From Octopus vulgaris (taxonomy: Eukaryota): a DNA stretch of 64,000 bases. How positions within the stretch are numbered: the stretch's first letter is position 1; every line of letters begins with the position of its first letter. This document shows positions 15,018-27,990 of this stretch, in pieces. Under the pieces are notes generated by a model that did not search any database, was not told the origin of the DNA, and saw only the letters and a program-made list of their open reading frames with translations. The stretch spans positions 8,370,001 to 8,434,000 of the forward strand of contig OX597842.1 in the NCBI GenBank assembly GCA_951406725.2, read 5' to 3'. A program made the translations under genes and the position numbers.

Positions 15018-15714
15018 GAGGAAAGAGAAAGAGAGAAGGGGGAGAGAGCATAAATCAATATCGCCATTAGTCCGTTAAGTTAACAGCTGTGAATTGAAAG
15101 TGACACTTATCTTGTCCGTTTGTCATTCTATGTCAGTCTGTCTCTTACGCTACGTGCTGTGTGCGCCTGCGCGCCGTATGCGTGCGTGTGCTGTCAAATA
15201 ATTAAGAAGCTTTCTTTGCAATCATCGCCTTCTCAGGTTCGATCCCACTGCTGGGCAGACATTTCCGGTAAAGGTTTTTTCGACTCAAAAGGAAATTGTG
15301 CGGAATCCTTTGTAAAGTATTGCACCTTTAATTCAAGCTTCAGCCCCTAATGCCATCCTGTATCACGCTTCGTTCAACACTGTCCCCAATCGTAGCGGGG
15401 AGGGTGCGAATCAGAAGCTAAAGAGTAGATGGGGGAGGCAGAAAACGATTATCTCCCTTTCTTGATTCTCGACACATGTTTTATTTTATTTCTTTCAGTC
15501 ATTAAATTGCGGCCATGCTGGAGTACCGCCTTGAAGAACTTTTAGTTACATGAATCAACCGCACCACTTCTTTTCTTTTTCTTGAAGCCTAGAACATTTC
15601 AGTTCCTTTTGCCGCAGCGCTCGGTTATGGGGGATGTAAACACACCAACATCGGTTGTCAAGCGGCAGTTGGGGACAAACGCTGACACAAAAATACATAC
15701 AGGCATACGCCCTG

Positions 15715-16020
15715 CCCTGTTTAAGATTGTCCCTGCGACATAATTTCTTTTCCTCAACAGACCCTGCCCTTTTTAACATTGTCCCAAAACTGATTAAAGA
15801 GGAAAAGGATCCCATCACCTTTAAACGGAGTCTGGACAGATTTCTTCAAGGAATACCAGATAAGCTACCCTTACCTGGATACAACTCACTTAACAAGAAC
15901 TCACTACTTGAATGGACCATAAACAGAACTTGACTTAAAAAGAATTTAGATAATCCTATCAGGTGGTGCAATTAAGTTAGACATGGCCTGGACCAATCTT
16001 TGGTCAAAACATATCTAAGT
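15715..16020 (+). mobile_element. CR1-type LINE 3' fragment
   Basis: LRHNFFSSTDPALFNIVPKLIK...FKRSLDRFLQGIPD is a CR1/L2 ORF2 C-terminus; followed by 3' UTR hairpin and (ATCT)n. Confidence 0.8.
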
Positions 16021-16047
16021 TTTATCTAAATTATATCTATATATCTA

Positions 16048-16122
<75 letters not shown>

Positions 16123-16234
16123 ATGTAACGTATATGTACATATGTATATACATACATACATACATACATGTGTGTGTGTGTGTGTGTGTAATACATATGT
16201 ATATACGTATATATATATATATATATGTATATAC

Positions 16235-16280
<46 letters not shown>

Positions 16281-16347
16281 TATATAGAAGGAGCTTCTAC
16301 AGGACTAGAACTGTTTCATTCGGTTAACCCCGAATCAACCCGGGACC

Positions 16348-16420
<73 letters not shown>

Positions 16421-16760
16421 TGGACTCTTCTGTCGTTAGACAACGCATGAGGGTTCGACAGTTTCTTGCTGAACAGCCACACAGATGATTTGTTTATAGT
16501 GATCAAATGTTTGTGTACACTTAAGCTCATTCCCTCCATGAAATCGACATTACCTGTACAGGTGCACAGTGAGCCGCATGTACATATACATATATATATA
16601 TAGTATTATATATTCATCACGGCTGACGTTACCAATCAGTTTCATGCAAGGAATACAAAGGAGTGACAGGTAACAATCCGATTATGTAATCTTATGCTCA
16701 TCAGAGTTGGCCGTTATGGAAGGGAATATGGCAACTGCATATATGGTACACACACACACA

Positions 16761-16805
<45 letters not shown>

Positions 16806-16816
16806 ACACACATATA

Positions 16817-17001
16817 TATATATATATATACATATATACGATGGGCTTCTTTCAGTTTCTGTCTACCAAATCTACTCACAAGGCTTTGGTCGGCCCGAGG
16901 CTATAGTAGAAGACACTTGCCCAAGGTGCTACGCAGAGGGACTGAACCCGGAACCATGCGGTTGGTAAACAAGCTACTTACCACACAGCCATTCCTACGC
17001 C
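16817..17001 (-). mobile_element. SINE family A, 5' half
   Basis: Head match. Confidence 0.85.
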
Positions 17002-17301
17002 TAACTAAATATAGAAGTCACAACTTTCCTCTTCATCAGCGGAGATGCCTAGAGTCGTTCAATCGCCTCTAGAAGGAAATTTTAGCAAATCAAAACCAAG
17101 ATGGCTGCAAAGAGAAGTCTCTTAACCACGCGGCCGTGCTTCTGTGTAACGGTATGGTTCATATAGTGTGCCCACCCATAAAATGGCCGTCTGTCTGTGT
17201 GTCCTCCGAAAGCTGTTGCGAATTGTTTATTTATCTGTACTTTATACGCAGACAAGACAATCTGTTCTTCGTTTTTGTCGTTTAGCTAGGACCAGATTTC
17301 G

Positions 17302-17361
<60 letters not shown>

Positions 17362-17708
17362 ATGTGTGTGTGTGCATGTGAGTGTGCGTGCGAGTGTGTG
17401 TGAGGGTATGGATATATATAGATACACATACACACACATACATATACATACATACACACATGCACCCACACACCCACACATATATTTATGTATATAAATA
17501 TATGTGTGTGTGTGTGTGCTTGTGTGTGTGTGTGTGCGTGTGTCCCAGTGACGTGTTCCTACACGTGTGTCTGCGGGCGCATACACTGTGTGCGTATACA
17601 CATATGTACATATATACATACCTACATACATACATACACACACACTTATATATAGGTTAGGACACATTCTACACGTATAACCATAAACACAGAACTATAT
17701 GTATTTAC

Positions 17709-17784
<76 letters not shown>

Positions 17785-17818
17785 TGTATGTATGTATGTA
17801 TGTATGTATGTATGTATG

Positions 17819-17875
<57 letters not shown>

Positions 17876-18339
17876 ATATACATATATATATATGTAAATT
17901 TCATATATATACATATGTACACGTTCACATTCGTATATATCTACACGTAAACTGACATACATATGGGAGTCCAAGGTTTGAAAATACATTTAAAATTTGA
18001 TCGGTGACAAAAGCGAAACAAAAGGAAATAACTACAGAATATAATGGACGGAGTCGTAAAAGCATACGTATGCATACATGGTTTGTTAGCCTCATCGGAT
18101 GGCTCTTAAATGTTGGCCACATGTTTACAATATCGACGACATTTTGGTATTGAATTGGATGAAAATTGTTTTACGACACTAAATAAAAAAATATATGCTT
18201 GCTTTTGTGGGTATAAAGCCCCCACATTGCCAGTTGCTTCAAATGTATTATTTTTGCTCTGGTTTTTGTTCAAATGACTATGTATACAGACGGCCATTTT
18301 GTTTTAGTCGTTGGTTGTTTAGATATTTTATTTTATTTT

Positions 18340-18955
18340 TATTTATTTTATTTTTATTTATTTTATTTTTATTTTATCTAGTTTCAGCTCACGAGCTGTG
18401 GCCATGCTGGGGCACCGCCATTTGGTGTTGCTACATGAATGCTTCACGAATGCTTTTTAGCAATTGCCATTTGGTGCATGAGAGAGTTCGATGCAGCTGC
18501 CCTCATCTGCACCTCCTGCCGTGAAGTTGGTTCATCTGGGACACCTGACAGGAAGAGATCCAGTTTTATTTTAAAGACATCTGCATCCACTCCATGCAGG
18601 TCTCTCGGGATCTTCGGGAGGATATTGAAGAGCTGTGGGCCTCGGAAGCCCAGGCTATCACAGTATCTTGTCCTACATCTTGATGGCAAATTTGGAGTCC
18701 TTGGCACTATGCAGTGGCGCCCAGTTCTAGCATTTGTGTAACTCTCGATGCCAAAGTTTGGAACGAGTCCTTCTAGGATATTCCAGATGTATATTATGGC
18801 ATATCTTTCTCGCCTACGCTCTAAGGAATAAAGTCTTAATCTCTTGAGTCTTTCCCAGTAGCTTATATGCTGCTCAGAGGTTATCTTCGTGTAGCTTCGT
18901 TGGATCACCTCAAGTTCTGTGATTAACTTGACACTGGATAGTGACCATAGCTGAC
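18340..18955 (-). mobile_element. CR1-type LINE 3' fragment with (TAAAA)n tail
   Basis: ORF 18444-18908 SYWERLKRLRLYSLERRRERYAIIYIW...FKIKLDLFLSGVPDEP is a typical CR1 ORF2 end. Confidence 0.9.
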
Positions 18956-18959
18956 TAAA

Positions 18960-19135
18960 AGATTACGCGTGGACTCTGAACAAATTTGGAGACAATAATC
19001 AAATGCATTTGAAACGTGGATGTATAGGAGAATATTACAAGTTCCTTGCAAGGACCATTTGACTAATGAATGGTTGTTACAACAAGCAAGTGAAAGACGA
19101 CAAAAGCTCATCTATTATGGCCATATTCGAAGATA
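18960..19135 (+). mobile_element. Degraded RTE LINE fragment
   Basis: AWTLNKF..NAFETWMYRRILQVPCKDHLTNEWLL..KLIYYGHIRR (frameshifted). Confidence 0.7.
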
Positions 19136-19338
19136 ATTTAATTCATTCTGCTTAACAGCTGTTTCAATGATATAAAACATCATTATTTATATAATTACGT
19201 AATAAAATACACAGTTAATGAATTAATTGAAAGTGATGTCCCACATCGTTGGGAGGTAAAAAAAAATTGGCGTTTACCAATACGCTATGAATTGAGCACA
19301 CAAGATTACTGCAACGCCATATTTTCAGATGTTTATTC

Positions 19339-19391
<53 letters not shown>

Positions 19392-19669
19392 CAAGGAAAA
19401 ATTGTAAAAAGGCAGAATGATAAATTGAAAGAAAATTTTAATGAAAATGGGTGTATGGAAAAAGTTTTTGAAAAATTGATAAAATATATAAATATGTATT
19501 AATTCAACCGGTTTTCGTCATAATGTGACTTTTCAAGAATTGTAAAGGAAAAAAATTTTTTAAAGTGAGAAGGGGAAAAAAGAAAATTACATTGTTTTTT
19601 GCAAAAAAAATAATAATAAATATATACAAAAATTAAAAAATAAAGTACTCCGATACATTGTGAAGTCTT

Positions 19670-19720
<51 letters not shown>

Positions 19721-19915
19721 GTTTGTAAATTTGTTTTGCAAGATTCCTGATGTGAAATTGCGTGTCGAAACAGAAATATTTATATTTCGGAATGGTAATT
19801 TTTTTTTATAAAAACAATGACGGAAACAGGCAAACCAACACAAACAATACTGACAACAACAACACTGAACGATTAATCAATACATTTTTTGAGTAGAATA
19901 AATATTTCATGCATA

Positions 19916-19921
19916 TTTATT
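19916..19921 (-). promoter_or_regulatory. Polyadenylation signal AATAAA of the minus-strand gene
   Basis: About 110 nt after the stop; followed by GT-rich downstream sequence (gtgttgttgttgtcagtattgtttgtgttgg). Confidence 0.5.
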
Positions 19922-20030
19922 GGGTTTTGTACAGAAAAAAACTTGAGAGTCACTGCGAAGAGACGGCTTCCTCACCGCCGCCATCATGATGTCTAACAAC
20001 AGAAAGTAAACCGAGACTTCAAAGTCACTG

Positions 20031-20035
20031 TCAAC
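20031..20035 (-). CDS. Terminal coding exon (G+GT = Gly, then TGA) of the uncharacterised basic-tailed protein
   Basis: Acceptor gatttatgcag|GTTGA in phase 1; an alternative acceptor at 19992 would give DIMMAAVRKPSLRSDSQVFFCTKPNKYA*. Confidence 0.45.
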
Positions 20036-20068
20036 CTGCATAAATCAATATACTTGTATATATATATG

Positions 20069-20116
<48 letters not shown>

Positions 20117-20290
20117 ACATATATATATACACATATACATATATATATATATACATATATATATATATGTATATATATTTTATATAAGTAGATATGTATG
20201 TGTAATACATACATACATGCATGCATACATACATACATATGTACTCCCATATATATACACATATATATATATATATATATAGATAGATAG

Positions 20291-20356
<66 letters not shown>

Positions 20357-20390
20357 ATATTTGATATAAGTAGATATGTATGTGTGTGTA

Positions 20391-20432
<42 letters not shown>

Positions 20433-20478
20433 ATATATATTGGGGGAGAGGGGTATATATAATTAAATGTGCACCAAC

Positions 20479-20553
20479 CTTTGCGTGAATTTTCTGAATT
20501 TTTGGTGTTTTTCTTGGTGGCATTGTTCTTTTTGTTTTTCTTGTTCTGGGTGG
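20479..20553 (-). CDS. Internal exon, 75 bp: [25 protein letters not shown]
   Basis: Pyrimidine-rich acceptor tttctctttccacccttttacacag, donor AAG|gttggt, phase 1-1, in frame with the upstream exon. Confidence 0.7.
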
Positions 20554-20619
20554 CTGTGTAAAAGGGTGGAAAGAGAAATGTGACATTTAGGATATAATAG
20601 GTATGGGTGGCCGTACACC

Positions 20620-20732
20620 ATCAGTATCATCATCACAATCATCATCATCATCATCATCAAATTCATCATCATCACCACCATCATCATCATCATCATCATC
20701 AAATTCATCATCATCATCATCAAATTCATCAT

Positions 20733-20763
<31 letters not shown>

Positions 20764-20922
20764 GTCGTCATCAAATTCATCATCATCATCATCGTCATCA
20801 TCATCATTTTCTAAAACTTTCTTATCCCCACCACACACACTATCATCACCATCGTCATCATCCTAATCACCATCATCATCACAATTATCACCACGACCAC
20901 CACCACCACTATCATCATCATT
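20620..20922. repeat. (ATC/ACC)n intronic microsatellite
   Basis: Direct reading. Confidence 0.9.
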
Positions 20923-20933
20923 GTCAAGATAGG

Positions 20934-20970
<37 letters not shown>

Positions 20971-20977
20971 TGATAGG

Positions 20978-21029
<52 letters not shown>

Positions 21030-21045
21030 AAGATAGATTGATAGG

Positions 21046-21098
<53 letters not shown>

Positions 21099-21724
21099 TG
21101 CGAATCCTCTGTACACCCAGGATTGTTCAGCTCTCGACCTGTTAAAAAGCCACCGTTTACGGAATAAGGATAACAACGTAGCTTTCGCGCCCGTGCAACC
21201 GCCAGTCTATCGCGAGTGGAGGGTGGGTATTCAAGTTGCCACACGCATTCTTAGTAGCTTAGTGTAGGCTCGAATTAGAGATTATTCTTTGTGGCTAATG
21301 GCGTGAGTCCTGACTAGAAGAATTGGAAGAAGAAGAAGAAGAAGAAGAAGAAGAAGAAGAAGAAGAAGAAGAAGAAAAAGAAGAAGAAGAAAATGCGGGA
21401 GTGGTATTACAGTAGCAGGATGTTGGTGGAATCCTCTTAAATGGTCAAGTGACCTAAAAGTGACCCGTTGTGGTTGTAATAGTAATGATTGGAATTGTTC
21501 TGAATAAATTCAGAACAATTCCGATTGAGAAGAAGAAGAAGAAGAAGAAGAAGAAGAAGAAGAAGAAGAAGAAGAAGAAGAAGAAGAAGAAGAAGAAGAA
21601 AAAGAAGACGAAGAAGAAGAAAAAGAATAATAATAATAAGAAGAAGCAGAAGAAGAAGAAGACAACAGCAGCAGCAAAAACAACATCAACAACAAGAGCA
21701 ACGAGAGCAAGAGGTCCTACTCAC

Positions 21725-21916
21725 ATGGTTTGTTTTTATTGGGCCTTCTTCTCCTGTTCCTCCTGCGTCCACCAATGAAAACACCAGAATCTTCTTTCTC
21801 TCCTTGCATGGCTTTGTTGATGGCATTCTGAATCTTTTGTTTGATGTGACTGGAAGTTTTAGCATTGGTGGTGCACCGGCTGGTGGCGATGTTGTTGGGA
21901 TAACTGCATGGTTTCG
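21725..21916 (-). CDS. Internal exon, 192 bp: [64 protein letters not shown]
   Basis: Acceptor ctattgttctacgcag, donor CAT|gtgagt, phase 1-1, open frame, non-repetitive island. Confidence 0.8.
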
Positions 21917-22027
21917 CTGCGTAGAACAATAGAGACGAGTATAAAAATAGCCATCTATACACACACACACACACACGTACACTCAAACACACATAGAGGG
22001 GGGACAGATAGATTCAGTGACCAACTA

Positions 22028-22154
<127 letters not shown>

Positions 22155-22159
22155 TTGGT

Positions 22160-22230
22160 CAAATGGTGATGCCCCAGCATGGCCACAGCTCGTGAGCTGA
22201 AACTAGATAAAATAAAATTAATAAAAATAA

Positions 22231-22235
<5 letters not shown>
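22160..22235 (+). mobile_element. CR1-type LINE 3' tail only
   Basis: GCCCCAGCATGGCCACAGCTCGTGAGCTGAAACTAGATAAAATAAAA is identical to the tail of the 18340-18955 LINE. Confidence 0.8.
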
Positions 22236-22301
<66 letters not shown>

Positions 22302-22684
22302 TTCAGCAAAAATTTAGATTCAAATGAGTATGGTACTTAATTTAGATGCACCAGAATTCTGTATGGTGTTATCCATAAAAATCCGTGGGGTGATTATAAT
22401 CAAAATAAGCAACAAGAATGACTTCGGTAATTTGGTACGATCGTTTTCGTACTACCTGCCCAAGGTGCTATGCAGTAGAATTCAACTAGAAATCATATGG
22501 TTGGGAAGCAAACATCTTATCCACACAACCAATTGTAAAGTTTAATAAAATGTAGTACGAAACGATCGTACCAAATTACCGGAGTCATTCTTGTTGCTTA
22601 TTTTGATTATATATATATATAAGAGAACAAAGGGTACGTACGCCGCTCTATATATATATATAATATATATATATATATATAAAT

Positions 22685-23268
22685 TACAAAATGTGACAAG
22701 AACGCAAAACATCCGGACAGCTAGGTGATACAAAAAAAGGGACAACAAAACATCCAGATAGACGATACAAAAAAGCAAGGACGGGTCATTCGAAGCCTTT
22801 TATCCTCAGTCAAGAAGCGGATCATCCTCGCAATTTCGGCCGATTAATCTTTAGATTGCTCCAATCTGGTCAGCCCCAAGGAAAAACTAAGCTAAGAGCA
22901 TTAGATTCTTTGGAAAAAGCATCGAATGAATACGAAAACAAGGACGGAAAAACAGACGATGTTACAAGAATATAAATACAAAAATATTTGTGTAACATCA
23001 TCTATTTTTCCGTCCTTGTTTCGTATACATTCGATGCTTTTTTCCAACGATTCTAATGCTCTTAGCTTAGTTTTTTCTTGGGGCTGGCCAGATTGGAGCA
23101 ATCTAAAGATTAATCAGCCGAAATTGCGAGGATGATCCGGTTCTTGACTGAGGATAAAAGGCTTCGAATGACCCGTTCTTGTTTTCTTTGTATCGGCTAT
23201 CTGGATGTTTGTTGTCGCTTTTTGTATCACCTAGTTGTCCGGATGTTTTGCGTTCTTGTCCCATTTTG

Positions 23269-23270
<2 letters not shown>
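22685..23270. repeat. About 280-bp inverted repeat with 24-nt spacer (Penelope-like termini)
   Basis: Arms 22685-22966 and 22991-23270 are reverse complements; a partial third copy lies at 40510-40630; flanked by (TA)n. Confidence 0.85.
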
Positions 23271-23361
<91 letters not shown>

Positions 23362-23412
23362 CGTTTTTGTATTTGGTTTGTTATTCTACTTGCTGGTACC
23401 TTACCACATAAT

Positions 23413-23447
<35 letters not shown>

Positions 23448-23458
23448 ATGTATGTGCA

Positions 23459-23506
<48 letters not shown>

Positions 23507-23704
23507 TGTGTGTATGAGCCAGCTGTGGATAAAAATGCAAAAGGCATTTGAAAGTGACTCAAATATTAGTCACATGATTTAGTGCCTTCTAATCCCTCCT
23601 TAAATGCCACATGTACACTTGTCTACACGTATCCATATATATGTATATGCATGTACGTATGTATGTATACGTGCATATGCTTGTGTGTCTGTGTGTGTGT
23701 ATGT

Positions 23705-23870
23705 ATAGGGAGAGTTTACGAAAAAAAACAAAAGACGAAGACAGGTGGTGTACGAAACAAACAGATGTATTAATATAACGCTCAGGAATAGAAAAAGTCT
23801 TTTACGTTTCGAGCCTACGCTCTTCTACAGAAAGGGACACAGAAAAAACAAGGAGATAAAAAAATGTGTG
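23705..23870 (-). mobile_element. About 165-bp hammerhead-bearing element, family H2
   Basis: Motif 23799-23834 cttt-CTGTAGA-a-gagc-gtag-gctc-GAAA-cgta-aaag; copies at 24327-24497, 45925-46080, 51468-51710. Confidence 0.7.
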
Positions 23871-23903
23871 ACACTACACACACACACACATACACACACA
23901 TAC

Positions 23904-23954
<51 letters not shown>

Positions 23955-23955
23955 C

Positions 23956-24024
<69 letters not shown>

Positions 24025-24253
24025 TCACTAATGAAGGCAGAGTATTTCTTATGCAGAGCCAGAAATCCGGGATCTGGAATTATCCAGTAATTTTTTTTTT
24101 TTGCTAGTTTATTTTGTCTATCTGTCTTCTCTCCTGGTGCTGTATGAACATTTAATGTGATTTTAGAGTCAAGTCTTCACTGCTATTTTCAGCGTGGTGG
24201 TATCTCTTACATACCCTAAACTATGATTTATCCATATATGTTATCAATAAATG

Positions 24254-24326
<73 letters not shown>

Positions 24327-24330
<4 letters not shown>

Positions 24331-24497
24331 TTTTTTTCTCTCCTTGTTTCTCTGGGTTTTTTTCTGTGTATCTTTCTGTAGAAGAGCGTAGGCTCGAAAT
24401 GTAAAAGACTTTTTCTATTCCTGAGCGCTATACTAATACATTTGTTTGTTTGTACACCACCTGCCTTTTTCTTTCATTTTTGTGAATTCTCCCCTAT
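24327..24497 (+). mobile_element. Family H2 element, inverted relative to 23705-23870
   Basis: Motif 24372-24407 ctttCTGTAGAagagcgtaggctcGAAAtgtaaaag. Confidence 0.7.
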
Positions 24498-24526
24498 ATA
24501 TATATATATATATATATATATCTATC

Positions 24527-24552
<26 letters not shown>

Positions 24553-24568
<16 letters not shown>

Positions 24569-24855
24569 GTTCGTCCTTCGGTTCGAAGATGACCAACTGA
24601 CATCATCTGATGGAACTGCCGCCATGAGACCTGAGGTGGCTGGTGAGGCCAATCCTGGCAAGGAAGCCCCTCCCACAGGTGGGGCAGAAGTGGGTAGGGG
24701 CCGTGCTACTGGTGCAGGCGGCTCTAGCTTTACGCATCTGACGTTTCTGCTCCGCTGACCGAATCCGTCCCTCCTCGGCTGTCCCTGCTCCCACGGTGAT
24801 TGCGCTGCGCCAGGATGAGCGGTTGGCAGCAAGTGTCTCCCAGGTCTCTGTTCCG

Positions 24856-24856
<1 letters not shown>
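24553..24856 (-). mobile_element. RTE LINE 3' fragment with C-terminal C2H2 finger and (ATT)n tail
   Basis: TETWETLAANRSSWRSAI...CPTCGRGFLARIGLTSHLRSH. Confidence 0.9.
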
Positions 24857-24918
<62 letters not shown>

Positions 24919-25068
24919 AATTTGACGTGTGTATAAATGCTTATCCATGCACACACGTATACTCGCTTCTACACATCTGGAAGTTGTCCAAATTTTACTA
25001 GTGTGGGCTGCAATGTTGAGACAAGTTTTGCGTCCCAGGAGGGGAATAAATGATTGAAAATATCTTAC

Positions 25069-25125
25069 CTGGTAGTTCTATGTAGCGACCTTGCCTTTCT
25101 TTCATACTATGAGCAGGAAATATAT
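25069..25125 (-). CDS. Exon, 57 bp: (D)IFPAHSMKERQGRYIELP
   Basis: Acceptor ttttctttattcttccag, donor CAG|gtaaga, phase 1-1, joins the 192-bp exon in frame; the in-frame ATG has A at -3. Confidence 0.7.
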
Positions 25126-25229
25126 CTGGAAGAATAAAGAAAATAGAGTGTGAGTGGGAGCGTTATCTCGAGTGTAGGTATGAGTGTACAAGGACTTTCG
25201 GGGATTTGGGTTTGAGTGAGAGGAAACCC

Positions 25230-26080
25230 TTGAGTGTGGTTCTTGAGTGTAGGTGTCAAGGTGAGCGTGGTTCTTGAGTGTAAGTATGAAGGTGGGCGTG
25301 GTTCTTGAGCGTAGGTGTGAAGGTGGGCGTGGTTCTTGAGTGTAGGTGTGAGGGTGGGCATGGTTCTTGAGTGTAGGTGTGAGGGTGGGCATGGTTCTTG
25401 AGTGTAGGTGTGAAGGTGGGCATGGTTCTTGAGTGTAGGTGTGAAGGTGGGCGTGGTTCTTGAGTGTAGGTGTGAAGGTGGTGTGGTTCTTGAGTGGAGG
25501 TGTGGAGGTGGGCGTGGTTCTTGAGTGTAGGTGTGGTTCTTGAGTGTAGGTGTCAAGGTGAGCGTGGTTCTTGAGTGTAAGTATGAAGGTGGGCGTGGTT
25601 CTTGAGCGTAGGTGTGAAGGTGGGCGTGGTTCTTGAGTGTAGGTGTGAGGGTGGGCATGGTTCTTGAGTGTAGGTGTGAGGGTGGGCATGGTTCTTGAGT
25701 GTAGGTGTGAAGGTGGGCGTGGTTCTTGAGTGTAGGTGTGAAGGTGGGCGTGGTTCTTGAGTGTAGGTGTGAAGGTGGGCATAGTTCTTGAGTGTAGGTG
25801 TGAAGGTGGGCGTAGTTCTCGAGTGTAGGTGTGAAGGTGGGCGTAGTTCTCGAGTGTAGGTGTGATGGTGGGCGTGGTTCTTGAGTGTAGGTGTGAAGGT
25901 GGGCATAGTTATTGAGTGTAGGTGTGAAGGTGGGCATAGTTATTGAGTGTAGGTGTGAAGGTGGGCATAGTTATTGAGTGTAGGTGTGAAGGTGGGCGTG
26001 GATCTTGAGTGTTGTTGTGAAGGTGGGCGTGCTTCTTGAGTGTAGGTGTGATGGTGGGCATGGTTCTTGAGTGTAGATGT
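25230..26080. repeat. 31-bp G/T-rich minisatellite, about 27 units
   Basis: Unit gtggttcttgagtgtaggtgtgaaggtgggc. Confidence 0.95.
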
Positions 26081-26348
26081 GATTTTCTGAGTCACGTGGT
26101 TCCGAGTGCATGACACCTACTGTGGCCTCGAGCTGACAAAAGCCTTGTGAGTGGATTTGATAGATAAGCATATTTGCCTATGCTTTCGGCTTGGCACAAA
26201 ACGTGAAGCAAAGCAATATGTCATGTAGGTGGATGTAGTTTATATTTATGTTCAAGTGCTTCCCAAGAGTATTTGCCACTTTTGGAATGTCGTTCGTACA
26301 GCAACAACAAACAACAAGAATTCTCAGAAGCCAGTATTAATAGAAATA

Positions 26349-26760
26349 GGCGCAGGAGTGGCTGTGTGGTAAGTGGCTTGCTTACCAACCACATGGTTCC
26401 GGGTTCAGTCCCACTGCGTGGCACCTTGGGCAAGTGTCTTCTGCTATAGCCTCAGGCCGACCAATGCCTTGTGAGTGGATTTGGTAGACGGAAACTGAAA
26501 GAATCCCGTCGTATACATGTGTATATACATATATATGTGTGTGAGCATATGTTTGTGTGTCTGTGTTTGTACCCTTAGCATTGCTTGACAACCGATGCTG
26601 GTGTGTTTACGTCCACGTCACTTAGCGGTTCGGCAAAAGAGACCGATAGAATAAGTACTGGGCTTACAAAGAATAAGTCCCGGGGTCGATTTGCTCGACT
26701 AAAGGCGGTGCTCCAGTATGGCCGCAGTCAAATGACTGAAACAAGTAAAAGAGTAAAAGA
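26349..26760 (+). mobile_element. SINE family A, full length
   Basis: Head to tail match. Confidence 0.9.
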
Positions 26761-27080
26761 GAAAAAGAGAAAAAAGTCTCTTTTCATACCAAGTCTTTTG
26801 ATATTACGTCTGTTCTTATACCATCCCACCTGGGACTCTCCCTGGCTCTACGATTCCAACTCCCTGTTTAAAAGGGTTTTAAATTAAAACTTCCATCAAA
26901 ATTCCATCTTAATCTTTGTTCCAAACACCAGCTTAACCCCTTAATGGATCAATTATTTTGACATGGCCTTTCATTTCAGAGCATATATTTATATTTCCTT
27001 TTTTAATTATACACACTGTGTTAATTGCAAAAAAAAAGTGGGTTTTTTAATCTTGTTTCCATTATTTTATTATTATAGAA

Positions 27081-27474
27081 CTAGCAGTATCGCCCGGCGT
27101 TGCTCGGGTTTGTAAGGGAAATAACTATATAAGCATTTTTAAAGATGTAAAGTATAATAGCCATCTCAATATGGCTAACCACAAAGGGAGGGGGTGTTAC
27201 TGTAGCTTTTTACGTTCTGAGATTTAATAATAAATTTTTAGAGAGTTACTTCCCTTATATATGCCAAAAATGTATTAAAAATGGGAAAAATTGATGGTAA
27301 ATTATTTTTTAAGTCGTAGACTCATCGTAGACGCGCGCTAATACCCAGAAGGTATATGAATCACGACTATAAGATACCCGAATTTGGTTAAACTGCACCG
27401 CAAAATGTGGGAGTAGTTAGGAATCTAAATCGTAGGAGACAGACAGCACACAACCTCACTTTTATATATAAAGA
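27081..27474 (-). mobile_element. Non-autonomous Helitron nested in the piggyBac
   Basis: A|TC...hairpin...CTAG|T on the minus strand. Confidence 0.85.
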
Positions 27475-27615
27475 TTTTAAATGTACTTTTACTCATTTGG
27501 ATTTAAACGAGTTAACTCGGACATTGAAAAAATACATATAACTTAACTATTTTCGGTTTTTTATAAGATGTATTGCTTTTAAATCGAAGGAAAAATTTTA
27601 AAAATTTTATTTAGT

Positions 27616-27990
27616 TTATTTAGAATGATAATTTTTAAAACAAAGAGTTATCTTGCAGACATCACACATGTATCTGCTTTCTCTTCGAATCTTCTTTCCT
27701 TTAGCGTCTCTCTTCTCTGCGCATTTTGCACACTGTCTTGTAGGGTTCTTTTTCTTATCACTTGGGGATATTTCCATGGGAAAGTGACCAACTGGGGCAA
27801 ATCTTGTTGAATGTGGGATCGATGATGGTTTTCCTGGTTTCGTGGAAGGCAATAAGGGCCTATATTTTTCAATAATCTTGGTGATTATTTGCTTTCTAAA
27901 TTTCAGCGGCTTCATAGCAGAAGCTGAAGTTTCCAAAGACGCATTCCAGATAGCCAAATCCATCAAATGAAAAAAATACTTATTTTGTTT
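27616..27990 (-). pseudogene. piggyBac (PGBD4-like) transposase C-terminal fragment
   Basis: KYFFHLMDLAIWNA..KFRKQII..GHFP..RQCAKC..RRESRYMCDVCKITLCFKNYH cysteine-rich domain. Confidence 0.85.

Noticed and set aside
20587-20838. Poly-Asp (aspein-like) ORF on the gene strand
   Set aside because: (ATC)n microsatellite; splicing from the upstream exon to its AG would create TAA
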